From Verrucomicrobiota bacterium (GTDB lineage Bacteria > Verrucomicrobiota > Kiritimatiellia > RFP12 > UBA1067): 64,000 bases of DNA. The stretch is from NCBI GenBank assembly GCA_050874585.1, contig JBNMKZ010000004.1, forward strand, positions 7-64,006, read 5' to 3'. A model generated the notes under the pieces. The model did not search any database and had not been told where the DNA came from. It was given only the letters and a program-made list of their open reading frames with translations. The position numbers were made by a program, and so were the translations under genes. Positions 10,611 to 18,774 of the stretch are shown piece by piece (the first letter of the stretch is position 1; each line of letters opens with the position of its first letter).

Positions 10611-11290
10611 TGGCGGGCGAAACGGTCAAGAGTGAGGCGATTTGCCTTGACCTGCACCCCTGGTCACGGACCAGCCACATTGTGCGGTGGCTGACGCCGA
10701 CCGGTCCGGTCGTCACGGTAGTCAAGGGGGCCGTGCGCCCGAAGAGTGCCTTTCTTGGACAGTACGACCTCAACTACACCTGCGAAATCGTCCGCTACGT
10801 TCGGCAGAAAAATGGCATGAGCGCCCTCCGCGAATGCGCACCGCTTGAGCGGCGCGATGGGTTGCGCGGCGACTTTCGTGCGCTCGCGCTGGCCGGATGG
10901 TTCCGGCGGCTCGCGGCGGAACTTGCGCCGAGTGGGCCGGACTGCCGCGACTGGTATGATCTTCTTTCGGCGGCGCTGACGGCGCTTTCGGCGGCAGGTA
11001 CGGATGTCGTTCGAATTCAGAATCTGCTTGATTTTGAACTAAAGGTCCTTGATTTGATTGGTTTAACACCGGGTTTAACCTTTGCGGAAGGCTCCTTTCT
11101 CCTGCGGGGAGAGCGGCGAATCCCCGTTTCACGCGAAGTTGCCGCGTGCCTGCGCAGTCCACGGGACGAAAAAAATCTAAAAATTCTACTGGACGCGGCG
11201 AGGGTAATTGGTGTATTCTATACTTTCCACTTGGATTGTGCCTCCGATGTGCGGAGGGTGGTCCTGAGGATGATTTCGGAAAACGAATGA
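10610..11290 (+). CDS. recO: DNA repair protein RecO
   Basis: 226 aa from the internal ATG 10610, which overlaps the mtaB stop. RecO-like N-terminal OB region. The track ORF (10181) extends spuriously into mtaB. Confidence 0.8.
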   Translation: MAGETVKSEAICLDLHPWSRTSHIVRWLTPTGPVVTVVKGAVRPKSAFLGQYDLNYTCEIVRYVRQKNGMSALRECAPLERRDGLRGDFRALALAGWFRRLAAELAPSGPDCRDWYDLLSAALTALSAAGTDVVRIQNLLDFELKVLDLIGLTPGLTFAEGSFLLRGERRIPVSREVAACLRSPRDEKNLKILLDAARVIGVFYTFHLDCASDVRRVVLRMISENE

Positions 11291-12417
11291 AAGAAAGAGT
11301 AAAGAAGATGAATAAGTTGCACCTGGTCGGTACGGCGGCACTTGCCGGTCTGATGGTCGTCGGTTGCGTAAAGCACGAGGACGAGACGGTGGATGTTGCG
11401 AAGAAGGCGAACGAGGTCTCCATCGTTGTGGATGGCAAGACGCTGACGTCTGAACAGATCGACATTGATGTCGAGAAGGTTCTTGAGGCGCAGGGCGACA
11501 GGATTCCTGCTGCTCAGAAGGATTATGCGCGGCAGATGATTCGCAACCAGATGGCGCAGTCGTTCCTCTATGAGAACGCGCTCGTTGCTTTGGCGAAGGC
11601 GAAGGGTTTTGTCGTGACCGAGGCCGATCGCGCGGCGCGTGAGGCGGAGTTCCTGAAGAATGTTGCGGGCCGTCCCGATGCCCCGAAGTCTCTCGCCGAG
11701 GCGGCGGAGAAGTTCCCGCTTGGCAAGGATCGGATGATGGAGGAGTTCAACAACGGCATCCTCATCCAGAAGATGATTGACGATGCGATTGCGAAGAAGG
11801 GGATGGACTTCGCGGCCGAGGCGCAGAAGGTGATTGACGGCATCGTCTCCAACAACAATGCCCTCGCCTCCACGAGTGCGGATGCCCTGGCGAAGATCAA
11901 GGCCATCCACGCGGAACTGACGAAGCCAGGCGTTGACGACCTGGCGAAGAAGTTTGCCGCGATCGCGGCGGAGAAAAGCGAGTGCCCGTCCTCCAAGAAG
12001 GGGGGCGACCTCGGCGAGTTCACCCACGGTCAGATGGTCAAGGAGTTCGACGAGGCCGCGTTTGCCCTGCCGGTCGGCAAGGTTTCGGATCCCGTGAAGA
12101 CCCAGTACGGCTACCACCTCATCCTCGTGTCAGAGAAGATTCCCGCTGTCGAGGCCAAGGGTGACACGCCGGCCGCTCCCGAGAAGGTCCGTGCGAGCCA
12201 CATCCTCATCAAGACGCCCGATAAGCAGGAGGTTCCTGCGCTGGAGGATGTCGTCCGCTTCCTGAAGCGTCAGAGTGAGAGCCAGCTGGTCGGGGATTTG
12301 GCAAAAGAGGCCTTGAAAGCCGCGGGCGTTACCACGTCCGACGAGTTCAAGCACCTCCTTCCCAAGGAAGAAACGCCGGTCGAGGCGACCCCGGTTGAAA
12401 CCACGAGCGAAAAATGA
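11287..12417 (+). CDS. parvulin-type peptidyl-prolyl isomerase (SurA/PrsA-like lipoprotein)
   Basis: Signal/lipobox LAGLMVVGC and parvulin block SHILIK...GGDLGEF...QYGYHLILV. ATG 11287 overlaps the recO stop. Confidence 0.8.
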   Translation: MKERVKKMNKLHLVGTAALAGLMVVGCVKHEDETVDVAKKANEVSIVVDGKTLTSEQIDIDVEKVLEAQGDRIPAAQKDYARQMIRNQMAQSFLYENALVALAKAKGFVVTEADRAAREAEFLKNVAGRPDAPKSLAEAAEKFPLGKDRMMEEFNNGILIQKMIDDAIAKKGMDFAAEAQKVIDGIVSNNNALASTSADALAKIKAIHAELTKPGVDDLAKKFAAIAAEKSECPSSKKGGDLGEFTHGQMVKEFDEAAFALPVGKVSDPVKTQYGYHLILVSEKIPAVEAKGDTPAAPEKVRASHILIKTPDKQEVPALEDVVRFLKRQSESQLVGDLAKEALKAAGVTTSDEFKHLLPKEETPVEATPVETTSEK

Positions 12418-12423
12418 TATAAT
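12415..12423 (+). promoter_or_regulatory. extended -10 TGATATAAT upstream of the small basic protein gene
   Basis: Overlaps the PPIase stop codon, 34 nt upstream of ATG 12457. Confidence 0.5.
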
Positions 12424-12456
12424 ACGCGCCTGTTCTGTTGAAAGGATACAAAGACA

Positions 12457-12612
12457 ATGAGTCAGCACGCATCTCTTAAGGGTTCAGGAAAGATTACTTC
12501 CAAGCGCAACGTCCTCAAGCGTTTTGAGCGCGTCAACTTGCTGCAGAAGCGCGGCGAGTGGAAGGAGGGTAGCCGCGGCCTCGGTCTCAAGAAGACCAAG
12601 CCGGAGGCGTAA
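12457..12612 (+). CDS. small basic protein, 51 aa (below the ORF-track length cutoff)
   Basis: Hand translation gives MSQHASLKGSGKITSKRNVLKRFERVNLLQKRGEWKEGSRGLGLKKTKPEA. It has its own promoter and a strong terminator. It resembles the small basic proteins of PVC-group bacteria as I recall them; this was not verified. Confidence 0.65.
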   Translation: MSQHASLKGSGKITSKRNVLKRFERVNLLQKRGEWKEGSRGLGLKKTKPEA

Positions 12613-12631
12613 GGTTCATCCCTCGCTGAAA

Positions 12632-12675
12632 GGGGACGCTTGGTCGGCGAACGATCGGGCGTCCCTCTTTTTTTT
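12632..12675 (+). terminator. rho-independent terminator
   Basis: GGGGACGC / GCGTCCCT stem followed by a run of 8 T at 12668-12675. Confidence 0.75.
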
Positions 12676-12679
12676 GGTT

Positions 12680-13225
12680 ATGAACGCCAGCCCGACGCTC
12701 CTGCACACATGTTGCGGACCTTGCGCGTCCGCCTGCGTCCCCGTCCTCAAGGACGAGGGCCGTTCAGTGGTTCTTTACTTTGCCAATTCCAATATCGATA
12801 CGGAGGAGGAATGGGCGCGGCGGTTGGAGGCGGCCCGCCAACTGGCCGATGCCGAGGGTGTGGAACTCGTTGTTGAACCCTATGACCACGCCGAGTGGCT
12901 GGCGTGTGTCGCCCGGGGTTTTGAGGGGGAGCCCGAGAAGGGGGCGCGGTGTGAACGGTGCTACCGCTACAATTTGCTGAAGGCGGCCCGTTATGCGGCG
13001 GCACACGGACTTGCGGAGGTGACGACTTCGCTGACGATTAGTCCTCACAAACCCTCGCCCATCGTCTTTGCCATGGGGAAGGCAGCGGCGGATTCCGTCG
13101 GGGTCTCATTTTTGCCGCGTGATTTCAAGAAGAAAGACGGATTCAAGAAGAGTGTCGCCCGGGCGAAGGAATTGGGCCTCTACCGTCAGTCCTATTGCGG
13201 GTGCGAGTTTTCCCGTCGGGGATAG
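12680..13225 (+). CDS. queH: epoxyqueuosine reductase QueH (DUF208)
   Basis: Internal ATG 12680. Motifs CCGPC and C-terminal YCGCEFS; about 181 aa. Confidence 0.85.
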   Translation: MNASPTLLHTCCGPCASACVPVLKDEGRSVVLYFANSNIDTEEEWARRLEAARQLADAEGVELVVEPYDHAEWLACVARGFEGEPEKGARCERCYRYNLLKAARYAAAHGLAEVTTSLTISPHKPSPIVFAMGKAAADSVGVSFLPRDFKKKDGFKKSVARAKELGLYRQSYCGCEFSRRG

Positions 13226-13267
13226 GGTGGAATCGTTTCCAGCGCGGCAAACTTTACGCATGGGAGA

Positions 13268-13290
13268 TTCGAGCGCGGCAGTTTAGTTTT
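13268..13290 (+). repeat. hairpin module CGCGGCA-loop-TGCCGCG, shared with the 5' extensions of repeat copies B and C
   Basis: The same 7-bp stem occurs at 58158-58179 and 61068-61121, with similar flanks (GAGCGCGGCAGTTT...TGCCGCG..TGCC.GTGG). Confidence 0.6.
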
Positions 13291-13446
13291 GCCGCGTGTG
13301 CCGTGGGGAGAACTTGCCTATTGGGAAGGAAGGACGGGCTCGTGCCTACGAAGACGCGCTCCCATCGGGACGAAAGCGTTCTCTTTTCCGCAGGAAGAGG
13401 GGCGGATATCCCGAAGGGAACGGGTTTTGATGCCCATCAGGAAGGG

Positions 13447-13530
13447 CAAGCACTAAGGTGGTTTGGATAAAGCACTAAGGTGCTTTGCTCAAAGGACTAA
13501 GGTGCTTTGTTGAAAGGACTAAGGTGCTTT
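13447..13530. repeat. four 18-bp 7-4-7 near-palindromes at exact 22-bp spacing (array I core)
   Basis: Units CAAGCAC-TAAG-GTGGTTT, AAAGCAC-TAAG-GTGCTTT and AAAGGAC-TAAG-GTGCTTT (x2) start at 13447, 13469, 13491 and 13513. Confidence 0.9.
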
Positions 13531-13612
13531 CCCTTCGTATTCCGCAACGCAGCCCTTCCTTATGGGCAGAGCAACCCTTCCTATTGGTGCAAAACGCCCA
13601 TCTTTTTGGGCG
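13531..13612. repeat. right arm of array I: CCCTT/CCCAT motifs every 22 bp, ending in a CGCCCA/TGGGCG hairpin
   Basis: CCCTT at 13531, 13553 and 13575; CCCAT at 13597. They are mirrored by AAGGG 13442, ACGGG 13420 and AGGGG 13398 about a dyad at 13488.5. Confidence 0.7.
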
Positions 13613-13846
13613 AAACTTTTCATTTTCTCAAGGAAGCGGGCGGACGCAAATCACCGTGATTCAAGATGCCCCTATCCATCTCGAAGTGCCGCGTTCCCTC
13701 GCGTCTGCCGCGCCCCTCGGGTACGCGCGCCGTTCGGATCTCGTTCTCAGGTTCTCCGACTTCCTTGTGTAGCGTTCTGAGGGCTTCCTCTTGGATTGCG
13801 CAATTTCCACTTGTTTTGATTCCGTTGTACGCTGAAAACATAATTA

Positions 13847-13855
13847 TGGTATAAT
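13847..13855 (+). promoter_or_regulatory. extended -10 TGGTATAAT for argG
   Basis: 28 nt upstream of ATG 13884, with the SD aaggag in between. Confidence 0.6.
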
Positions 13856-13883
13856 ACGCACTTGATTTCAAGGAGACTATGTC

Positions 13884-15116
13884 ATGAAACTCGAAGAACT
13901 CAAGGGTAAGACAGTTGGCGTCTGCGTGAGCGGAGGCCTCGACTCGAAGACAATCTGCTGCGTCCTTCTTGACGCGGGCGTGAAGGTTAAGGCGTTCAGC
14001 GCGAACGTCGGCCAGCCCGATGAAAAGGACATCAACGACATCAAGAAGCGTATGGCCCCCACGGGCGTGGATACGACGATTGTCGACGTGACGAAGGAAA
14101 TGGCCGACATCTGCTTCGAGACCGTCAAGTGCCAGGCGATGTATGACGGCGGCTACTGGAACTCGACGGGTATCGCCCGTGCGGTGACCGTCCAGAAGCT
14201 CCTGCCGGCGATGAAGAAGGCCGGTTGCTCGGTGCTCGTGCACGGTGCAACGGGGCGCGGCAATGACCAGATGCGCTTTGAGCGGTATGTGAACGTCATG
14301 GACCCGAAGTTCGGCGTGTATGCGCCGTGGCGTGATGCGGATCTTCTCAAGAAGTTCCCCGGACGCACGCAGATGGTCGAGTTCCTCGCCAAGCGCGGCA
14401 TCGTCGCCTTCGTGGGCACGAAGAAGAAATACTCGACGGATGCGAACCTCGCCGGCCTTTCCCACGAGGCCGAGGATCTTGAGTCGATGGAGACGTCGAT
14501 GCGCATCGTGAAGCCCACGATGGGCGTGTGGCCCGAGAAGGCCCCGAACAAGGTCGAGAAGGTGACGCTTTCCTTTGTCAAGGGCCGCTGCGTGGCGGTC
14601 AACGGCAAGAAGATGACGCCGTACGAGGTCATGCTTGAGATGAACAAGATTGGCGGACGCAATGGCATCGGCATGAAGCATGCGCTTGAGAACCGCATCA
14701 TCGGTACGAAGAGCCGTGGCGTGTATGAGGCTCCTGGTATGGAAGTTCTCTCGTGGGGTCTCAAGTACATCTATGAGGGTGTCATGGATCGCCGGTCGAC
14801 CCAGTTCTTCCAGCATCTCTCGAAGTTCATCGCCGACCAGATTTACGATGGCCGCTGGTTCGATCCGGCGACCCGTGCGGCTCGTGCGGCCGTGCAGGTC
14901 TGGGCCGACAAGGCAACGGCCGAGGTGACGCTTGGGCTTTACAAGGGCAACATCTTCTTCGAGTCCCTCAAGGGCCTGAAGGCGACGATCTACAATGAGG
15001 CCGACAGCTCGATGGAGGCGTCGAATGGCTTGAACCCGCACAGCTCGCAGGGCTTTGCCGAGATTCAGTCCGTTGAGGCCAAGATGCTGGCGAAGGCCGG
15101 TCAGATCGAGCTCTGA
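13884..15116 (+). CDS. argG: argininosuccinate synthase
   Basis: 410 aa; N-terminal PP-loop VSGGLDS; ArgG-like throughout. Confidence 0.95.
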   Translation: MKLEELKGKTVGVCVSGGLDSKTICCVLLDAGVKVKAFSANVGQPDEKDINDIKKRMAPTGVDTTIVDVTKEMADICFETVKCQAMYDGGYWNSTGIARAVTVQKLLPAMKKAGCSVLVHGATGRGNDQMRFERYVNVMDPKFGVYAPWRDADLLKKFPGRTQMVEFLAKRGIVAFVGTKKKYSTDANLAGLSHEAEDLESMETSMRIVKPTMGVWPEKAPNKVEKVTLSFVKGRCVAVNGKKMTPYEVMLEMNKIGGRNGIGMKHALENRIIGTKSRGVYEAPGMEVLSWGLKYIYEGVMDRRSTQFFQHLSKFIADQIYDGRWFDPATRAARAAVQVWADKATAEVTLGLYKGNIFFESLKGLKATIYNEADSSMEASNGLNPHSSQGFAEIQSVEAKMLAKAGQIEL

Positions 15117-15130
15117 GAAGAAGAGTCGGT

Positions 15131-15721
15131 GTGATGGAAGAACAAGAAAAGAAAGAGGCGACGGCTTCGGTTTCCGAGGAGTCCACTCCCAAGGGGGACG
15201 CGGCGGCTGAAAAGCCGACCGCCGCCCCTGAAGCGGAGAGCAAGGCTTCCGAGAAGGCCGAGAAAGCCGCGCCCGAGGAAGCGAAGAAGCCGGCGGAGCC
15301 GGACTGGAAAGATCGGTACGCCCGGCTTCTCGCCGACTTTGACAATTTCAAGAAGCGGACCGCCCGCGACCGCGAGGATACCTATCGCTTTGCTGAAGCG
15401 GACATTCTGAAGGACATTCTGCCCACGGTGGATCACCTGTCCCTGGCCCTCGCCAATGCGAAGGATAAGGACGACGACTTCGTCAAGGGTGTCCAGCTCG
15501 TTTACGACTCCCTGCTGAAGGCTCTGAAGGAGCATGGGGCCGAGCCGTTTGATTCCGTCGGCAAGGTCCTTGACCCCGAGCGGATGGAGGCGATTGCCTC
15601 TTTGCCCTCGGCGGACGTTGAAGAGGGCAAGGTGTCGAACGAGGCCAAGAGAGGATGGGTGCTGAAGGAGAAGGTCCTTCGTGCCGCGCAGGTGGTCGTT
15701 TCGTCTGGCAAGCCCCAGTAA
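15131..15721 (+). CDS. grpE: nucleotide exchange factor GrpE
   Basis: Acidic and Lys-rich N-terminus, then a conserved GrpE core (RLLADFDNFKKR...). Confidence 0.9.
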   Translation: MMEEQEKKEATASVSEESTPKGDAAAEKPTAAPEAESKASEKAEKAAPEEAKKPAEPDWKDRYARLLADFDNFKKRTARDREDTYRFAEADILKDILPTVDHLSLALANAKDKDDDFVKGVQLVYDSLLKALKEHGAEPFDSVGKVLDPERMEAIASLPSADVEEGKVSNEAKRGWVLKEKVLRAAQVVVSSGKPQ

Positions 15722-15736
15722 CGGGCTCGCGAAGGT

Positions 15737-16945
15737 GTGGCAATGGCAGCGCAGAAGAGAGATTATTACGAGGTTCTTGGCGTCGCGAAAGATGCGACGG
15801 CGGATCAGATTAAGTCCGCCTACCGCAAGCTCGCGATGAAGTATCATCCTGACCGCAATCCCGACGACCCATCGGCCAAGGAGAAGTTCTCCGAGATTTC
15901 CGAAGCCTACGAGGTCTTGTCGAATGCCGAGAAGCGTCAGCGGTATGACCAGTTCGGCCATCAGGGCGTGAACTTCGGGCCGGGAGGCTTTGACTTCAAC
16001 CGCGATTTCTCGCATTTCCAGGATGTGGACTTGGGTGATATCCTCAATTCCTTCTTTGGTGGCGGGGCTTCATTCGGAGGTGGCGGCGGATTCTCCAGCT
16101 TCTTTGGCGGTGGCGGCGGCCGTGCGCGTCGTGCCGACCCAGAGGGACCGCGCCGTGGGGATGACCTCACCTATCGGTTGGACATTGATTTTGACGAGGC
16201 GATTTTCGGCAGTGAGCGGACGATTGACCTGACGATTCCGGGGCAGTGTCCCGATTGTCATGGTACGGGCGCGGCGGCTGGTTCGAAGCGCGTCGTTTGC
16301 AAGACCTGCCAGGGGCGTGGCTCGATTGTCGCTGGGAGTGGATTCTTCCAGGTTCGGCAGACATGCCCGACATGCGGTGGTGAAGGCTCAATTATTGAGA
16401 AGCCCTGCAAGAAGTGCCGCGGAACGGGGCAGGTTGCGACGCCGTCGCACATTTCCCTGAAGATTCCGGCGGGTGTCGACACGGGTTCGCGCCTGCGCCT
16501 TGCTGGCAAGGGTGCCGCCGGTTTGCGCGGCGGTGAAAATGGCGACCTTTACGTGCTACTGAACGTTCGCGAGAGCGATCTCTTTGAGCGTGACGGTCAG
16601 GACTTGTTTGTTGATGTGCCGGTTTCGCCCATTGTCGCCGCCCTCGGCGGGACGATTGACGTGCCGACTCCAGACGGCGCGGCGCGGCTGAAGATTCCTG
16701 CGGGAACTCCCAATGGCAAGACGTTCCGCCTGCGCGGCAAGGGTGTGCCGAGCCTTCGCGGCGGATTCGCCGGCGACTTGGACGCACGCGTCGTCTTCGA
16801 GGTCCCGGCGAATCTTGATCGCAAGCAGAAAGCCGCGCTTGAGGAGTTCCAGAAGTTGGCGACATCAAGCACGTTCCCTGAAGCGAGTTCGTTCACGAAC
16901 AAGGTAAACGTTTTCTTCGCGCACAAGAAGAAACTCGGCAAATAG
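15737..16945 (+). CDS. dnaJ: molecular chaperone DnaJ
   Basis: J domain with HPD, a G/F-rich linker and four CxxCxGxG zinc-finger repeats. Confidence 0.95.
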   Translation: MAMAAQKRDYYEVLGVAKDATADQIKSAYRKLAMKYHPDRNPDDPSAKEKFSEISEAYEVLSNAEKRQRYDQFGHQGVNFGPGGFDFNRDFSHFQDVDLGDILNSFFGGGASFGGGGGFSSFFGGGGGRARRADPEGPRRGDDLTYRLDIDFDEAIFGSERTIDLTIPGQCPDCHGTGAAAGSKRVVCKTCQGRGSIVAGSGFFQVRQTCPTCGGEGSIIEKPCKKCRGTGQVATPSHISLKIPAGVDTGSRLRLAGKGAAGLRGGENGDLYVLLNVRESDLFERDGQDLFVDVPVSPIVAALGGTIDVPTPDGAARLKIPAGTPNGKTFRLRGKGVPSLRGGFAGDLDARVVFEVPANLDRKQKAALEEFQKLATSSTFPEASSFTNKVNVFFAHKKKLGK

Positions 16946-16953
16946 CCGTTTAC

Positions 16954-17035
16954 GCACCTGTGGTGGAATGGCAGACACGGTGGATTTAGGTTCCACTGCC
17001 TCGGCGTGGGGGTTCGAGTCCCTCCAGGTGCACCA
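16954..17035 (+). tRNA. tRNA-Leu (anticodon UAG), encoded CCA
   Basis: Hand-folded cloverleaf: acceptor GCACCTG/CAGGTGC, anticodon arm GTGGA-TTTAGGT-TCCAC, long variable arm, T-loop TTCGAGT. Starts 8 nt after the dnaJ stop. Confidence 0.9.
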
Positions 17036-17042
17036 CTTTGAG

Positions 17043-17083
17043 TTCTCCGCCTATTTGATGGCGGAGAATTTCTTTTTGTTGTT
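17043..17083 (+). terminator. rho-independent terminator
   Basis: TTCTCCGCC / GGCGGAGAA 9-bp stem, then a T-rich tail TTTCTTTTTGTTGTT. Confidence 0.8.
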
Positions 17084-17405
17084 CTTGTAGTCACATTAGT
17101 CCGTCCGTCGCGGGAGTGAGACTCTTTTGGTCGTCAAACCGACCATGTGTGGTGTGGCATTCCTATCTTGCGGTGGCGTGGCAGTTGCGCAACTGGAACT
17201 TCTTCGGATTGCAAGTGGAACACGCCGGAGTCGCGTCCCCCTCGCGTACGCGTGCGCGGTCTATTTATATTCCCGTCTACGTCTAAGTGCCGCGCGGCCG
17301 CGAGGTCTGGAGGACCGTGTCGAGGGGCTGAGCGTCCTGAGGAAGTGGAACAGTCCGACGGAACGATACTCGTTGAAAATCATTTATAAAATATGACAAT
17401 CCCCA

Positions 17406-17435
17406 TTGACTGTGAATCAAGAAATGTGCTATCAT
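17406..17435 (+). promoter_or_regulatory. sigma70-type promoter: TTGACT, 18-bp spacer, TGcTATCAT
   Basis: -35 at 17406-17411 and extended -10 at 17427-17435. It predicts a leader of about 214 nt before ATG 17656. Confidence 0.6.
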
Positions 17436-17655
17436 TTAGACATTATGACGAACTTACGGAGATTGGCGGGGGATTCGGGCGGCATCAGATGTCCGCCTCA
17501 GGCGCACGGATGGGTGCGCCACTCATTGCCTGTCCTCTCGCTCGACTTGGGTTGGGTGTCAGAACGAAGACTGAACCAACCAAGAGGTCGTGCGGTGTGG
17601 GAAGCGTAGGTCGGGGTAGAGACATTGATAAACTGAAAGACTAAGGGAGAAACAG

Positions 17656-18021
17656 ATGTTTTGTATCGAATGTGGTGCACCAATGGACGAGGGTGCGGAA
17701 ATCTGTCCGGCGTGTGGTGCGGTCGTTGTTCTCGGTCGTCGAGAGAAGGCAGACGGCTTTCAGATGGAGGACGACGATGCAAGGCCGCTTGACAACAGTC
17801 CAGATCCGCTGGCCTTTGGGATTGCGAACTTGATCTTGTGGATCGTACCCGCCATCGGCTTGCCTGTTTCCGTCGTCGGAATGGTGATGAGTGCCAGACG
17901 AAGGAAAAGCGTCAGCCTGTTCCTGTGCATCGTTGGCGTTGTGTTTTCGCTGGTGAATGCGATCGCCGGTGCTGTCATTGGCGGCAAGCTGGGCATCGCA
18001 ATTGGCTTTCTGCTACTTTAG
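17656..18021 (+). CDS. zinc-ribbon domain membrane protein
   Basis: N-terminal CIECG...CPACG zinc ribbon followed by two hydrophobic helices. SD taagggag upstream. Confidence 0.6.
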   Translation: MFCIECGAPMDEGAEICPACGAVVVLGRREKADGFQMEDDDARPLDNSPDPLAFGIANLILWIVPAIGLPVSVVGMVMSARRRKSVSLFLCIVGVVFSLVNAIAGAVIGGKLGIAIGFLLL

Positions 18022-18080
18022 TTCTTCCTGCGGGCCTGTTTTGCCGCGTATGCGCGCTTTGATTTTCTTTCAGACCCCCA

Positions 18081-18110
18081 TTGACGGCGTGGCGCGGGAA
18101 ATGATATACT
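18081..18110 (+). promoter_or_regulatory. promoter for tRNA-Cys: TTGACG, 18-bp spacer (its last 3 nt are the TGA of the extended -10), TATACT
   Basis: -35 at 18081-18086 and extended -10 TGATATACT at 18102-18110. The -10 ends 15 nt before the tRNA 5' end. Confidence 0.6.
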
Positions 18111-18125
18111 ATCAACCACTTGACC

Positions 18126-18199
18126 GGTGGGATGGCCGAGCGGTTAGGTAGCGGACTGCAAATCCGCTTACAGCGGTTCAACTCCGCTTCCCACCTCCA
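18126..18199 (+). tRNA. tRNA-Cys (anticodon GCA), encoded CCA
   Basis: Acceptor GGTGGGA/TCCCACC, anticodon arm GCGGA-CTGCAAA-TCCGC, T arm AGCGG-TTCAACT-CCGCT. Confidence 0.9.
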
Positions 18200-18216
18200 A
18201 TCTTCAAAGTGAGAAC

Positions 18217-18774
18217 ATGATCGCAACTTGGGGCCTGATTCTCGGTTTACCGCTCCTCGCCTTTGGCGGGGGTTCGCTTCTTTTGAGCGGTCGAATGTCC
18301 CGTTTTATTGACTGGTTTGAGACTTCCCGCGCTGTTGCCGTGCTTCTGACGGTCGTCGCTTGGTTTTGGACGGCGTACGAGTGCGACACGATTGGAATTG
18401 ACGTTTTCGACATGATTCTCAAGCGTTTTCCCGGTGAAGTCTGGATTTTGGCGGCGGTGCTGTCGTTCCTGACCGTGGTTTGGATGCCCAAGAACTTGTC
18501 CGTCCGGGCCTTGACGGGCATCCTGATGCTGATACCGGCTGAACTTTTCAAGGTGACGCGGTTGCTCCTGCCCGAGAGCGGTGCCGCGCCTGTGCACCTT
18601 TTCGTGGTGACGGCCTATATTGGGGCCGTTCTCGGAATGTATGGTATGTTCTACCCCTGGCGGCTTGAGCGCGGGATGCGCTGGTTCCAGTCCTCGCCCC
18701 TTCGGCTGAAGGCGTTGGGGCTTGTGTGCGCGGTCTGGGGGCTTGGTCTTCTCCTCATCGGTTTTTCGATATGA
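18217..18774 (+). CDS. multi-pass membrane protein, unknown function
   Basis: 185 aa, about 5 hydrophobic helices. Its stop overlaps the next start. Confidence 0.6.
   Translation: MIATWGLILGLPLLAFGGGSLLLSGRMSRFIDWFETSRAVAVLLTVVAWFWTAYECDTIGIDVFDMILKRFPGEVWILAAVLSFLTVVWMPKNLSVRALTGILMLIPAELFKVTRLLLPESGAAPVHLFVVTAYIGAVLGMYGMFYPWRLERGMRWFQSSPLRLKALGLVCAVWGLGLLLIGFSI

Noticed and set aside
13447-13530. The possibility that the AAAGCAC-TAAG-GTGCTTT units upstream of argG-grpE-dnaJ are CIRCE/HrcA operators.
   Set aside because: They share only the AGCAC/GTGCT core with CIRCE. The arm spacing is 4 nt and not 9 nt plus flanks. The same units occur upstream of infC. The array lies about 350 bp from the promoter, not over it.
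17090-17655. RNase P RNA, tmRNA, SRP RNA or 6S RNA in the large intergenic regions (17.1-17.65 kb, 13.2-13.9 kb, 29.9-30.8 kb).
   Set aside because: I looked for the hallmark strings (GGAAAGTCCGGGC, the tRNA-like 3' end of tmRNA, and the SRP GGAAGCAGCC region) and found none. 6S RNA cannot be excluded by eye.
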